Source of the DNA: an uncultured bacterium
GTDB taxonomy: Bacteria; Zhuqueibacterota; QNDG01; DTFT01
DNA length: 64,000 nt
Direction of reading: 5' to 3'
NCBI GenBank assembly: GCA_963736115.1
Contig: CAVTNR010000014.1
Span: 96,001-160,000 of the forward strand
Every line of letters begins with the position of its first letter. Position 1 is the first letter of the stretch. A program made the position numbers and the translations under genes. Below the pieces are notes generated by a model. That model did not search any database. It was not told where the DNA came from and was given only the letters and a program-made list of their open reading frames with translations. Positions 49,363-59,116 of the stretch are shown in pieces.

Positions 49363-50829
49363 CTACAATTCCTTCATATAGATATTTTTGAAATACACCG
49401 GCGCGCGGGAATCGTGGTTCTGCAGGCCGATGTATCCCCGGTCCGCGACCGAACGGATTTTACCCGCGGGCATGGCTTCCCAGTCGATCACGGGAACGCC
49501 GTTGAGTTCAACCGCGATGCGTTTCCCCTGAAACGTGATTTTAATGTGATTCCACTCCCGGGGGCCATTGAAAGCCCTGACCGAAGGGGCCTTGGCGTCG
49601 TACACGGCGGCCGTGTTGTGGATGCCGGGGCTTGCGTCGTCGATCTGAATCTCGAACGATTTGTAAATGTAATCGTCGCTCGACGGCATCTCGGGCACGC
49701 GGAGGAAAATGCCGGAATTCGAGAACACCTCGGAGACCTTGTAATCCAGTTCGAGCGTGAAATCGCCGAACATCTTCTCGCTGAACCAGAGCAGGCCCAT
49801 CCCGTCCTGGGGCGTGAGCACGCCGGTTTTCGGATCAACGAGAAAATAGCCGGGCCCGTAATGGTTCCAGCCGTGCAGGTTGTACGAGCCGTTCCACCGC
49901 TTGATCAGGGGCAGATACCCCTTGAAGTATGTGATGCCGTCGATATACCGGAGTCCTTTCGAGATCGAAGGCGAAGGGTTCATCAGCTCGGCCTCGTTCT
50001 CGTGCTCGATGGACACGTAACCGTCGTAATCCTGCAGTGTCAATTCAGCCAGGATGTCCCGGATATTGGCTTTTCCGGAACCGAAGGGAACGTCTCGGGC
50101 GTCGTTTTTCCCGAACGCGTCCAGATCCTTCAGATGGCAGTGGACGATTCGGCCGCGGAGCAGGCGCAGGGCCTCCAGCGGGTTCACACCGGACCGCATC
50201 CAGTGGCCGGTGTCCGCGCCTGAACCGATCCGCTCGTCCAGGCCCTTAACCCGGTCGAGTACGGTTTCCGGCAGGCCGAATCGGCTCCAGTCCGATCCCG
50301 TGGGATGGTTGTGTATGGAAACCCGAATCCCGGTTTCCTTCACCAGCCGATCGAGCACGGACCAGCCCTCCCAGGCCGGCTCGGTGTTGATCACATCGAT
50401 GCCCATGTCACGGCAGAAATCGAACACCTCCCGCACCTCAGGTTCGGATGGGCCGAAGGACACCACGCCGTACGCCACGAGCCGCATTCCGGCTTCCTTC
50501 AGACGGTTCCGAACCCAGTCCTTCTGTTCCGTGTTCATTTTGTGGTCGAACACGGCTCCGGGCATGGAGGGCGACAGGGGCTGTCCGGGATAGGCCTCGA
50601 GATACCGTATCCCGAGGGCCATTGTTTTTTCAACGGCTTCGTCGAACGTGAATTTGTGGAACGTCCAGCACTGCATGGCGATCTTGAACTCCTTGATGCG
50701 GACGTTTTCATAACGGCCGGCGCATGAGCAGGCGCCTGTCGGCTTCGCTTTCGGTCCGGATAACAGCGCGGCCGGGAGCAGGACAGCGGCGGCGATCATT
50801 GAAACAGCGGCGCGGGAAACGGGTCTCAT
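49363..50829 (-). CDS. exported fusion: xylose-isomerase-like TIM barrel + DUF1080 (3-ketoglycoside/glucal hydratase family)
   Basis: IHNHP, DTGHW, HLKD, SIEHE; then DFTLELDYK, NSGIF, EIQI, EWNH, GYIGLQNH. Confidence 0.88.
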   Translation of the reverse strand: MRPVSRAAVSMIAAAVLLPAALLSGPKAKPTGACSCAGRYENVRIKEFKIAMQCWTFHKFTFDEAVEKTMALGIRYLEAYPGQPLSPSMPGAVFDHKMNTEQKDWVRNRLKEAGMRLVAYGVVSFGPSEPEVREVFDFCRDMGIDVINTEPAWEGWSVLDRLVKETGIRVSIHNHPTGSDWSRFGLPETVLDRVKGLDERIGSGADTGHWMRSGVNPLEALRLLRGRIVHCHLKDLDAFGKNDARDVPFGSGKANIRDILAELTLQDYDGYVSIEHENEAELMNPSPSISKGLRYIDGITYFKGYLPLIKRWNGSYNLHGWNHYGPGYFLVDPKTGVLTPQDGMGLLWFSEKMFGDFTLELDYKVSEVFSNSGIFLRVPEMPSSDDYIYKSFEIQIDDASPGIHNTAAVYDAKAPSVRAFNGPREWNHIKITFQGKRIAVELNGVPVIDWEAMPAGKIRSVADRGYIGLQNHDSRAPVYFKNIYMKEL

Positions 50830-52046
50830 GAGCGTGCTCCTTTCTTTTGAACCGGGGATCCTGAATCGTCCCGGAACAGCAGCCCGAACAGGACCAGGAC
50901 TGCGGCCGCGAAACCGGCCGGAATCCACCAGAACGACTGCCACTGGGGAAGCGCGGCGGCCCCGGTTTCCGTGATCGTGGCGTTGAATATCCAGCCCGTG
51001 ACCTGCGCGCCGATCAGCATGCCGATGCCGTAGGTGACCAGAACGATGAATCCCTGCGCCTGCCCCCGGATGTCCGCGGAAGCCTTCTTGTCCACGTAGA
51101 TCTGGCCTGTCACGAAGAAGAAGTCATAGCAGATGCCGTGCAGAAGAATGCCGCCGTAGATCATCCACACGACCGCGTCCGACGCGCCCAGGGCGAAGAG
51201 CACGTAGCGCAGCACCCAGGCCAGCATGCCCACGAACAGGGTCCACTTCACCTTCAGAAAACGGAAGAAGAAGGGCAGGAGCACGATGAAAACGGCCTCG
51301 GACATCTGGCCGAAGGACAGGCTGAAGCCGGGCTTGGCGAAACCGGCGTGGGCCACGAACATCTGTGCGTAGGAGTAATACGCGGCCAGCGGAATGCAGA
51401 TCAGAAGCGAACTCAGGATGAAGATATTGAAGGAACGGCTGCTCAGCCGGCTGATGGCGTCGATGCCCATGATCTCGCGGAACGACGTCTTTTTTCCCGC
51501 GGCCGGGGGAGGCGTGTGTGGAAGGGTGAAGCTGTAAAGGCCCATAAGCACGCCCGCGACGCCCGCCACGTGCAGTGGAATCGCGGTCTTGTCCGCGGCC
51601 AGGAGGCCGCTGACCAGCACGCCTGCGACGATCCAGCCGATGGTGCCGAAGGCCCGGATCAGGGGGAATTCCTTCTCCTGGGACCGTATGTGGTGAAAGG
51701 CGAGCGTGTTCGCCAGGCCGATGGTCGGCTGGTAGCACAGCATATGGAGCAGCAGCATGCCGATGAATGCGGCTGGCGACGACACGACGAACGGCGCGCA
51801 GAACATCGCGATGCCGCCGAGTATGTGCATGACACCCAGCACCCGTTCCGTCGGGAAGAAGCGATCCGCGATCATGCCCAGGAAAAACGGGGAGACAATG
51901 GCGCCGATCGGACCGACTGTGAAGGCCAGATACACGTATTTGGCCATCCCAAGCTCGCCCATGTAGTTGGCCACGGTGACGTACCAGGCCCCCCAGACGA
52001 AGAATTCAAGGAACATCATGATACTGAGGCGGAATTTGGTGCCCAT
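50826..52046 (-). CDS. MFS nucleoside:H+ symporter family permease (NupG/XapB-like)
   Basis: MMFLEFFVWGAW, IRAFGTIGWI, GILLHGICYDFFFVTGQIY. Confidence 0.92.
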   Translation of the reverse strand: MGTKFRLSIMMFLEFFVWGAWYVTVANYMGELGMAKYVYLAFTVGPIGAIVSPFFLGMIADRFFPTERVLGVMHILGGIAMFCAPFVVSSPAAFIGMLLLHMLCYQPTIGLANTLAFHHIRSQEKEFPLIRAFGTIGWIVAGVLVSGLLAADKTAIPLHVAGVAGVLMGLYSFTLPHTPPPAAGKKTSFREIMGIDAISRLSSRSFNIFILSSLLICIPLAAYYSYAQMFVAHAGFAKPGFSLSFGQMSEAVFIVLLPFFFRFLKVKWTLFVGMLAWVLRYVLFALGASDAVVWMIYGGILLHGICYDFFFVTGQIYVDKKASADIRGQAQGFIVLVTYGIGMLIGAQVTGWIFNATITETGAAALPQWQSFWWIPAGFAAAVLVLFGLLFRDDSGSPVQKKGARS

Positions 52047-52121
52047 GTGTCCTCCGGTCGATGGATGAGAGTGATCTCGTGAAGGTCAGCGGGAGCGTTC
52101 ACCGCTTCGGCGTGCAATGAA

Positions 52122-52150
52122 AATATTGACATTTTTCCCGGCAAATTCAA
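52122..52150 (-). promoter_or_regulatory. sigma70-type promoter (leftward)
   Basis: TTGAAT-N17-AATATT. Confidence 0.4.
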
Positions 52151-52164
52151 GCGAAAAATGCCCC

Positions 52165-52236
52165 ATAGGGGTACCCGAAGGGGTACTCGTAGGGGCGCCC
52201 GAATAGACGCCTTCCGGGCTACTCACGGGAATATCC
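52165..52236. repeat. six degenerate 12-bp tandem repeats
   Basis: ATAGGGGTACCC GAAGGGGTACTC GTAGGGGCGCCC GAATAGACGCCT TCCGGGCTACTC ACGGGAATATCC. Confidence 0.5.
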
Positions 52237-52360
52237 GCAGGGAGAGGCACCCGGACCGGTGGCCTGGGCGATCGGGAGCGGCGTGGATGTAAAATCTTGT
52301 CATCCAACGGTTTAAAACCGGATGGACAGGAGCGGCAGGCCCCGGTTGCCCTGTTTTCAC

Positions 52361-52389
52361 TTTACGCAGGCCATAAAAAACCGTATATT
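52361..52389 (+). promoter_or_regulatory. sigma70-type promoter
   Basis: TTTACG-N17-TATATT. Confidence 0.45.
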
Positions 52390-52504
52390 AACAGCATAAC
52401 ACCGGCTGCGGATCGCGGTCGGAACGGTGTTTCGGAAGGCGGTCGTCCGTATTCGCGGGGACTGGCGGGAAACGGTCCTCTCTTTTTATAATTCAGTCAG
52501 GACC

Positions 52505-54178
52505 ATGATGCGAGATATCAGCTCTGGAAAGCGCTGCGTTTTCCTCATAATATCGATACTGGCCGTTTCGGCCGCGACGGTTTCCGCCTCCAGTCGCGAT
52601 CACAGGGACTGGAGCGCCGGTCTCTCCATCTACGAGGTGAATGTCCGCGCGTACTCGGATGCAGGGACGTTCGGGGCCTTTCGAGCCGAACTGCCCCGGT
52701 TGCAGGAAATGGGCGTGGGCGTACTCTGGTTCATGCCGATACACCCCATCGGCGTTGAAAATCGTCTCGGCAGTCTGGGCAGTCCATACTCCGTTCGGGA
52801 TTACCTGGACGTCAATCCGGAATTCGGCGATCTCGACGATTTCCGCGATCTGGTCCGCGACATACACGACCGCGGCATGTTCGTGATCATCGACTGGGTC
52901 GCCAACCACACGGCCTGGGACAATGACCTGACCGTGGAGCATCCCGAATGGTATGTTCGCGATGCGCTCGGAGGTTTCATACCGCCTCCGGGAACCAATT
53001 GGACCGACGTGATCGAGCTGGACTATTCGAATCCGGACCTCCGCCGCTGGATGATCGATGCCATGAAGTTCTGGGTAACGGACATCGGCGTGGATGGATT
53101 CCGCTGCGACGCGGTGTCCATGGTCCCGAGGGATTTCTGGGAGGAAGCGATCGCCGCCTTGAAATCAACCCGTTCCGACCTCTTCCTCCTCGCCGAGGCG
53201 GACGGGCCGGAATGGCACGCGGCCGGATTCAACATGACCTACGGCTGGGGATTGTACGGTTTCGGAGCGGGCGTCCTGAAAAGGATAGCGGACGGCACAG
53301 CGGACGCGGACGACCTGAACGCGTACGCGGTGGAGGAAAGGCGGCGTTTTCCGGCTGAGGCGTACCGGATGTATTTCACGTCCAATCACGACGAGAACGC
53401 CTGGCACGGAACAACGTCCGAACTGTTCGGCCAGGCCGCGGTCGCGTTTTCCGTTTTGGCGGCCACGTTCAACGGCATGCCGCTGGTGTACGGCGGCCAG
53501 GAGGCCGGGCTGAAAGACAGGCTCCTGTTTTTCGACAAGGATGAAATCGAGTGGAGAGATCTGTCGGCGTCCAGCCTCTACGGCCCGATCCTCCGTCTGA
53601 AGCGGGAGAATCGGGCGCTGTGGAATGGCGGCTCGGGCGGATCCCTCACTCGGATCCCGACGCAGGATCCAAAACGGTTCTTCGCGTTTCTCAGGGATAA
53701 GGACGGAGACCGGGTTCTGGCTGTTCTGAATCTGTCCGATGAAGATCGGAACGTGACCCTGTCCGGGGCCTTTTTCAGCGGGATTTACAAGAACGTATTT
53801 AACGGAGAAGAAACAACGCTCGGAGATGGATCCGTCCTCAACCTGCCGGACTGGGGATACGCGGTTTTCGAGTCGCGGGCGGCCTCATCGGCCCGGCCGG
53901 ATCGGGACGCTCCGTCGCGTTTCGGGATACAGCGGATTTATCCGAATCCCTTTAACTCGGCCGCTCGGATTTCGTTCACGATCGATCGGGCCGCGGATAC
54001 GCGGCTGACGGTTTTCGATTCAGCCGGCCGCGAGGTCCAGGAGCTGAGCGCCGGACGGGCGGAGCCGGGTTTTCACGACATCGCATTCGATGCCGGCGGT
54101 CTGCCGAGCGGCCTGTATATTGCGCGTCTGACCTCGGGAAGACGCTCCGCCTCCGGCCGGATGATGCTCCTCCGGTGA
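52505..54178 (+). CDS. GH13 alpha-amylase-family enzyme with T9SS-type C-terminal domain
   Basis: DWVANH, DGFRCDA, LAEA, SNHDEN; IYPNPFNS. Confidence 0.92.
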   Translation: MMRDISSGKRCVFLIISILAVSAATVSASSRDHRDWSAGLSIYEVNVRAYSDAGTFGAFRAELPRLQEMGVGVLWFMPIHPIGVENRLGSLGSPYSVRDYLDVNPEFGDLDDFRDLVRDIHDRGMFVIIDWVANHTAWDNDLTVEHPEWYVRDALGGFIPPPGTNWTDVIELDYSNPDLRRWMIDAMKFWVTDIGVDGFRCDAVSMVPRDFWEEAIAALKSTRSDLFLLAEADGPEWHAAGFNMTYGWGLYGFGAGVLKRIADGTADADDLNAYAVEERRRFPAEAYRMYFTSNHDENAWHGTTSELFGQAAVAFSVLAATFNGMPLVYGGQEAGLKDRLLFFDKDEIEWRDLSASSLYGPILRLKRENRALWNGGSGGSLTRIPTQDPKRFFAFLRDKDGDRVLAVLNLSDEDRNVTLSGAFFSGIYKNVFNGEETTLGDGSVLNLPDWGYAVFESRAASSARPDRDAPSRFGIQRIYPNPFNSAARISFTIDRAADTRLTVFDSAGREVQELSAGRAEPGFHDIAFDAGGLPSGLYIARLTSGRRSASGRMMLLR

Positions 54179-54288
54179 CCGGACGGCCGGTCCGCGGAAA
54201 GCGGGTCCGGTCCGCGATTGCAATTCCGTTAACTGACCTTCGGCCGGTCAAATGCCGGCACGAGAAGTCCGATTTGAGGAGACCGACC

Positions 54289-56343
54289 ATGAGAAAATCT
54301 GCCCTGTTTCTGATCCTGCTTCCGTTCGCGGCCGGTCTGGCCGACGACGCGGCGGAGCGGATACGCGTGAACCAGATCGGCTATTATCCCCGCGGCCCGA
54401 AGGCCGTTGTGGTGATCGATCCGGTTTCCGCCGGCTTTTCAATCATCAGCGAAACGGACGGGAGCGCTGTTTACACCGGAACGCTCGGCCCGGCCTCGGT
54501 CTGGGCCCCTTCCCAGGAGAATGCGGCCATCGCGGATTTCTCCGATTTCGAAGGAGCCGGCGTGTTCCGGGTCCGCGTCGAAGGCATCGGCGACAGCTGG
54601 CCTTTTGATATCGGGTCTTTTGTTCACGAATCCGTTTCAGCGGCCGCCCTGAAAAGCTTCTACTTTCAGCGCGCGTCAATGCCCCTGGACGAGGCCTGGG
54701 CCGGAAAGTGGAAAAGGGCCGCGGGCCATCCGGACACATCCGTGTGGGTGCACGCCTCGGCCGCCACGGAAACGCGGCCCGAGAAAACGGTGATCCGGTC
54801 GCCGAAGGGCTGGTACGACGCTGGCGATTACAACAAGTACATCGTGAATTCCGGCATCACCATGTGGACCCTGCTCGCGGTTGTCGAGCATTTTCCTGAA
54901 TACGCGGCCGCGTTCCGGACGGACATCCCCGAATCCGGAAACGGCCTTCCCGACCTGCTCGATGAGATTCTCTGGAACCTGCGCTGGATGCTCTTCATGC
55001 AGGACCCGGACGACGGGGGCGTGTACCACAAGTGCACGAACGCGAATTTTGACGGCTTCGTCATGCCGAACCAGGCCCGATCCCAGCGTTATGTGGTGCA
55101 GAAAAGCGTCACCGCGACGCTCGATTTCGCCGCGGTTATGGCGCAGGCAGCACGGGTTTTGAGGGCATACGACCCGGCGCTTCCGGGTCTGGCCGATTCC
55201 TGCCTGTTTGCGGCTGAGGACGCCTGGATGTGGGCTGAGGCTAATCCGGCCCTGCTGTACAACCAGACCGCCATGAACACGGCCTTCAACCCGGATATCA
55301 ACACGGGCGCGTACGGGGACGGGAACGCGGCGGACGAATTCGACTGGGCCGCTGCCGAAATGTACCTCACGACCGGCGAAGCCGGTTACCTGGCCGCTGC
55401 GGATCCGTTCGGAAGCCCGGATATCCGGGTACCATCCTGGCCCAATGTATCCACGCTCGGCATTATTTCCATGCTGATGCAGGCAGACCGCATGACAAAG
55501 CCAGGCGTCGACACCGGAACATTGCAGGCCATGTTTCTGTCCTTCTGTGACGGCCTGGTCCGGAGCCAAAACCTCTCCGCCTATGGCGTGGTCATGGGCA
55601 CGGGCTCGAACGATTTCGTCTGGGGATCGAACGCTGTCGCGGCCAACCAGGCGCTCTGCCTGATGGTGGCCCACCGACTGACCGGCGAGGCGGATTATCT
55701 GGACGCCGCGCTCTCGAATCTCGATTACTGCCTGGGCCGCAACGCGACCGGGTATTCCTTTGTCACGGGCCACGGGGACAAGACCCCGATGCGCATCCAT
55801 CACCGCCAGTCCGGCTCGGACGGCATCGCGGACCCGGTGCCCGGTTTTCTCGCGGGCGGCCCGAATCCAAGCCAGCAGGACAGGAACGACGGCGCGGTTT
55901 ACACGAGCAGTCTAGCCGCCAAATCGTATTCCGACATGCAGGCCAGCTACGCATCGAACGAGAACTGCATCAACTGGAACGCGCCCCTGGTGTACATCCT
56001 GTTCGGAATCGAGGCACTGATGTCGGAAAATGGACTGCCTTCCGGCGCCAACAGCGTGGTCTCGCGGGAATCCGCGCCCCGCGGATTCCGCATCCGCGGA
56101 AATTACCCCAATCCCTTCAATGCGTCCACCCGGATCGCATATACACTCGACGCGCCCGCGGAAGTCCGGCTGACCGTGCACGACGCACTGGGCCGGGAAG
56201 TGCGGACGCTCCAATCGGGTCCGCAGACCAAGGGAAGGCATGAGGCCTCATTCCACGCTTCGGACCTTCCGAGCGGCGTCTATGTGGTCCGTCTCCAGGC
56301 GGGGACCTGTTCCACGGCAGGAAGAATGCTGCTGTTGAAGTGA
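54289..56343 (+). CDS. GH9 glucanase (N-terminal Ig domain) with T9SS-type C-terminal domain
   Basis: RVNQIGY, GWYDAGDYNKY, HHR, YASNENCINWNA; NYPNPFNA. Confidence 0.93.
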   Translation: MRKSALFLILLPFAAGLADDAAERIRVNQIGYYPRGPKAVVVIDPVSAGFSIISETDGSAVYTGTLGPASVWAPSQENAAIADFSDFEGAGVFRVRVEGIGDSWPFDIGSFVHESVSAAALKSFYFQRASMPLDEAWAGKWKRAAGHPDTSVWVHASAATETRPEKTVIRSPKGWYDAGDYNKYIVNSGITMWTLLAVVEHFPEYAAAFRTDIPESGNGLPDLLDEILWNLRWMLFMQDPDDGGVYHKCTNANFDGFVMPNQARSQRYVVQKSVTATLDFAAVMAQAARVLRAYDPALPGLADSCLFAAEDAWMWAEANPALLYNQTAMNTAFNPDINTGAYGDGNAADEFDWAAAEMYLTTGEAGYLAAADPFGSPDIRVPSWPNVSTLGIISMLMQADRMTKPGVDTGTLQAMFLSFCDGLVRSQNLSAYGVVMGTGSNDFVWGSNAVAANQALCLMVAHRLTGEADYLDAALSNLDYCLGRNATGYSFVTGHGDKTPMRIHHRQSGSDGIADPVPGFLAGGPNPSQQDRNDGAVYTSSLAAKSYSDMQASYASNENCINWNAPLVYILFGIEALMSENGLPSGANSVVSRESAPRGFRIRGNYPNPFNASTRIAYTLDAPAEVRLTVHDALGREVRTLQSGPQTKGRHEASFHASDLPSGVYVVRLQAGTCSTAGRMLLLK

Positions 56344-56444
56344 CGGTGGGTCTTGGTTGTCCGGCCGGTCCGAGCCGTCCCATCGAACAGGCGCGACCAT
56401 CCACCGAAAAGCGTTCGTACTAAAAAAAAGAGAGGTTTTCATAA

Positions 56445-56876
56445 ATGATTGATCCGCGGATGTGGAAAGTGATGCAAAAGAGACTGGGATACAATGAATC
56501 GGAACTGGAGTTATTCCGCAATAATCCGAGGAACGAACAGGTCCTGTCCAAGCTGGAACTGCTTCAGCGAACCCGTTTCGTTGTCGAGGTCGTGGAATCG
56601 CACGGCTGCAACACCCGGCACAAGAAAGGCGACACGTTCCAGATCGACGGGCACGGGAATCTGGTGACGGCAGCCGGACCCGGCAGGATATGCCTGTATG
56701 CCCTCGGCTCGCTGACGACGCTCCTGCACGCGGCGCAGGAACTCATCTATGCCGGTGTGGATCCGAACGAGATGCGATTCAAATCCGCGGGCTGCCGGGA
56801 TATCGGACTGAATTGCGGGGGATGGGGGAAGATCGTCATGAGGCTTTCCGCCGTCCGGACGGAGGCGGAGGATTAA
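56445..56876 (+). CDS. Cys-rich small protein, TIGR04076-like
   Basis: VVESHGCNTRHKKGD.F, ICLYAL, GCRDIGLNCGGWG. Confidence 0.6.
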   Translation: MIDPRMWKVMQKRLGYNESELELFRNNPRNEQVLSKLELLQRTRFVVEVVESHGCNTRHKKGDTFQIDGHGNLVTAAGPGRICLYALGSLTTLLHAAQELIYAGVDPNEMRFKSAGCRDIGLNCGGWGKIVMRLSAVRTEAED

Positions 56877-56889
56877 ACCAGGGAGGCAC

Positions 56890-58752
56890 ATCAAGACGGC
56901 GCTTTCCCGAGGGATTTCCCTTTACGCCCTGTTCCTCTTCGGAACCGCGTTCGCCGGCGACTGCCGCCTCCGGATCGGCACGAACCTCGCGGGACCCGCG
57001 GACTGGGGCTCCGAGTGGCCCTTCGTGGATATCATGAAATACTCCCGGTCCTGGATCACCTTCAATTCCGTATGGCTGGAGGAGGGCGAAAATCCTTGGG
57101 ACACCGGCGCGGTGGACCGGATTCCAGCGGATGATAACGGCTATCCACTGGAACTGCCGTTTACGGTCGCGGGAACGGAGACGACCCAGGTCGTGCGCAC
57201 GGTCTGGGCCAACACATCCAGCCTCCCGGAGGGCGTCTATACGGTCCTATACGACGGGGAAGGGACGATCGATGTGGAGTTCGACGGTTCGATCCTAAGC
57301 CGCGAACCGGGCCGCGTCCTTTTTAATTTGAGACACCGCGATGATATTCTGTCCCTGAATCTCTTCGAATCCCGCAAGGGCAATCATGTCCGCAACATCC
57401 GGGTTCTGATGCCCGGAATGGAAGCCACGCACACGGACCAGCCCTGGTGCGCGGAATGGCTGGAAAAGCTGGAGCCTTTCCGTGCCCTGCGTTTCATGGA
57501 CTGGGGCCTGACCAACAATTCCACTTTGAAACAGTGGGAAGACCGGCCGCATATCGATGACTACACCTACACCCTGCGGGGCGTGCCGTACGAGTGGATG
57601 ATCCACATCTGCAACCGGAAAAAGGCCGACTGCTGGGTCTGCATTCCGCACGAAGCGGACGATCTCTATATCCGGAGCATGGCCGAATTGTTCCGTGACG
57701 GGCTGGATCCTTCGCTGAAGATTTATGTCGAATACTCGAACGAGACATGGAACTGGATGTTCGATCAGACCCACTGGTTGTTCGAAAACGGGAACCCCGG
57801 CGTCGAATGGCCGGAGCGCATCGTCCCCTTCATCCAGAACAGCCTGGACATCTGGTCGGATGTTTTCAGCGGCCAAACCGACAGGCTGGTCCGTACGGTC
57901 GGCGTACAGGGGTCCTGGCAGGACGTCAGCAACCGAGTGGTTTTCAATATGCGGCCCGGCAGTTTCGACGCTTTCTCGCCGGCCGCCTATTTCGGATTTC
58001 CTGATTCGGCGATCGCGGCTCTCTCGAGTCTCGGTGAGGCGGCCACGGCCGTGGATGTCCTGTATTGGGCGCGGCAGTCCGTGACCGGACAGTCCTCCTC
58101 CTGGCTCCGGTCCCAGTTCGAGACGATTTCGCGGCCGACCGGCCTGCCGATGATCTATTACGAGGGCGGCCAGCATCTCACGCCGGATCCTTTCGGTTCC
58201 GATCAGCCGTACGGCCGGGCGCTGATGGACGCCCAGATCCATCCGGATATGTATGACCTGTATGCCCAATGGTTCGATACCCTGGCCTCGTTCGTGCCGG
58301 ACGGCGGCACCGGCCTGCTGATGAATTTTTCGTTCATCGGGGAAAGGGACGGAAAATACGGAAGCTGGGGTGTGCTCGAAAGCCAGTTTCACCAGAGCCC
58401 TCCGTACCGAGAGACCGCGCCCAAGTATCAGGCGATACTTGACGCGCTCTGCGATCCGGGTTCCGGTATATCCCGCACCGACCTCAGGCGGGACGGGCTG
58501 TCCCTGTCCCTGAATCCGAATCCGTTCAACGCATCCGTGCGGATCCGTTTTTATCTTCCGGATCGACAGAGGGTCACGCTGACCGCATTCGACGCACGGG
58601 GCCGCAGAATCGCTGTGCTGATGGATGAAGAACGGCCCGCGGGCGAAACCGTGAAGCATTGGGACGCTTCCTCTTTTGCATCAGGGCCGGTCCTGATCCG
58701 GCTGAAGGCCGGACCGCGTACCGAGACAAGGAAATGCCTGCTGATCAGATAA
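56890..58752 (+). CDS. secreted putative glycoside hydrolase with T9SS-type C-terminal domain; ATC start
   Basis: ATC after GGGAGG yields signal peptide (M)KTALSRGISLYALFLFGTAFA; LRFMDW, YVEYSNETWN, YEGGQH; LNPNPFNA. Confidence 0.8.
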   Translation: MKTALSRGISLYALFLFGTAFAGDCRLRIGTNLAGPADWGSEWPFVDIMKYSRSWITFNSVWLEEGENPWDTGAVDRIPADDNGYPLELPFTVAGTETTQVVRTVWANTSSLPEGVYTVLYDGEGTIDVEFDGSILSREPGRVLFNLRHRDDILSLNLFESRKGNHVRNIRVLMPGMEATHTDQPWCAEWLEKLEPFRALRFMDWGLTNNSTLKQWEDRPHIDDYTYTLRGVPYEWMIHICNRKKADCWVCIPHEADDLYIRSMAELFRDGLDPSLKIYVEYSNETWNWMFDQTHWLFENGNPGVEWPERIVPFIQNSLDIWSDVFSGQTDRLVRTVGVQGSWQDVSNRVVFNMRPGSFDAFSPAAYFGFPDSAIAALSSLGEAATAVDVLYWARQSVTGQSSSWLRSQFETISRPTGLPMIYYEGGQHLTPDPFGSDQPYGRALMDAQIHPDMYDLYAQWFDTLASFVPDGGTGLLMNFSFIGERDGKYGSWGVLESQFHQSPPYRETAPKYQAILDALCDPGSGISRTDLRRDGLSLSLNPNPFNASVRIRFYLPDRQRVTLTAFDARGRRIAVLMDEERPAGETVKHWDASSFASGPVLIRLKAGPRTETRKCLLIR

Positions 58753-58903
58753 CCGGGACGGTTCGGGCCCGGAAACTACGGGTGTCGTTCGGCGTATCAT
58801 TATATACAGGGGTTACACGGGTGACGCCTGTTTCGGGGAACAGAAGGGATTTTTTCCGTTATACAGCCGTTCATCGGCAATTTTATACCCCAAACGGTGT
58901 TTT

Positions 58904-59060
58904 ATCGGGCGGCCAGAAGCCTGGTCATTCTGGTTCCAGTTTTTCTGGATGATCGGAGATTGGGCTTCTGGCCGCTCCGACGGGTCTGGTTCACCGCCGC
59001 TTGCGGCGTCCATCATCCAAGTTTCCTGAGATACTCCGCTGCTTGCGGCGGAGTCCTTCA
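58904..59060. repeat. 157-bp palindromic host repeat, empty allele
   Basis: Colinear with 29841-30136 minus the three inserts; identical 36-mer at 58953-58988 and 29890-29925. Confidence 0.85.
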
Positions 59061-59116
59061 TTCATCGGGCGACCCGGCCGATCCGGGTGCATTTCAATCT
59101 ATCTGAAAGGTTCGGA

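Noticed and set aside
58786-58896. Imperfect 12-bp inverted repeat (CGTTCGGCGTAT / ATACCCCAAACG) as MITE ends
   Set aside because: Only a 10/12 match with a single occurrence; too weak to call.
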